DNA of 56,426 nt from a virus (Duplodnaviria > Caudoviricetes): positions 1 through 56,426 of the IMG/VR virus record IMGVR_UViG_3300045733_000287; one strand, 5' to 3'. Each line of letters begins with the position of its first letter. Within the stretch, counting starts at the first letter, position 1. Under the pieces are notes generated by a model. That model did no database searches, was not told the origin of the DNA, and saw only the letters and a list, made by a program, of their open reading frames with translations. The translations under genes were made by a program, and so were the position numbers. Shown here in pieces: positions 55,925-56,426 of this stretch.

Positions 55925-56426
55925 TTACTCTTTATAGAATCCCTGGAACCGGATGACATTCATGTATTCAGGTGACTTAATTAAACCATCTCCACGTCCA
56001 TTAAGTGATTCAGCTCCCGGCTCGTCAATCACAACCATTGAGTCAATATCTTTAGGGACCCTGAAACATACCTGCACCGGCAGGTTTACTTTTGCATCTC
56101 CGGTAATAACTTTCGTTGAAGCTCTCTGAGTAGCAGACATGATTCTGAAACCACAAGAGCGGCCTTTCTGAAGTAATACTCTGAGGTTTTCTTCCAGGGA
56201 CTTATCGACACTTTTAACTACTCTCTTTGTTTTTGTAGCTCCATTAGCATACTTCCCTACAACTTCTTCACCGTAATTCTTCAGGTCATTGCCCTTTCTG
56301 GAATTAGCAACGGCATCCGCGAACTCATCGAATACAACAAGAGTCTTTTTGTTGATACCATTCTTAACCCTGCTTTCCATTTCAACAACCATCATCATTA
56401 TATGAAGCTCTATTTCTTCTATATCA
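55925..56426 (-). CDS. FtsK-type ATPase C-terminus, allele B (truncated by the window end)
   Basis: Near-identical protein to the C-terminus of 3980-6058, with many synonymous changes. Confidence 0.85.
   Translation of the reverse strand, partial: DIEEIELHIMMMVVEMESRVKNGINKKTLVVFDEFADAVANSRKGNDLKNYGEEVVGKYANGATKTKRVVKSVDKSLEENLRVLLQKGRSCGFRIMSATQRASTKVITGDAKVNLPVQVCFRVPKDIDSMVVIDEPGAESLNGRGDGLIKSPEYMNVIRFQGFYKE

Noticed and set aside
1-56426. Alternative genetic code or stop-codon reassignment
   Set aside because: Core genes are full length in the standard code; TAA, TAG and TGA all occur as stops; no suppressor tRNA seen

Overview
The window looks like a complete, circularly permuted tailed phage genome (siphovirus-like, HK97 capsid) of about 54.0 kb, plus about 2.4 kb of a second, diverged allele of its start. 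Bases 1-127 are identical to 54009-54135, and ~2001-4480 is homologous but not identical to 54147-56426. The host is most likely Bacteroidota, judged from TAnnTTTG-type -7 boxes, A-rich start regions without Shine-Dalgarno sequences, and signal peptides followed by Gln. Almost all genes are on the minus strand. Modules: recombination/early genes (139-8119), lysis (8327-10181), tail and fibres (10207-30197), head and packaging (30194-40646) with a small plus-strand island (37241-38383), a tRNA-Met(CAT), many small accessory and DNA-modification genes (41.8-51.6 kb), and replication (primase-helicase, initiator with internal iterons). I could not recognise an integrase, DNA polymerase, reverse transcriptase or CRISPR array. 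Most notable observations: (1) an HNH endonuclease gene nested out of frame inside a still-open DNA methyltransferase ORF, bounded by a duplicated 11-codon motif; (2) four virion-cluster proteins, including the S74 tail fibre, with Sec signal peptides followed by Gln; (3) a leader peptide plus pseudoknot-like RNA element in front of the replication initiator; (4) a 20-aa LRR-like repeat protein varying only at three non-synonymous sites; (5) a circularly permuted DUF1566-like lectin domain; (6) a PD-(D/E)XK nuclease-FtsK fusion; (7) an atypical initiator-like tRNA; (8) gene-precise cassette swaps between the two alleles. All family calls come from motif recognition by eye; no searches were run.
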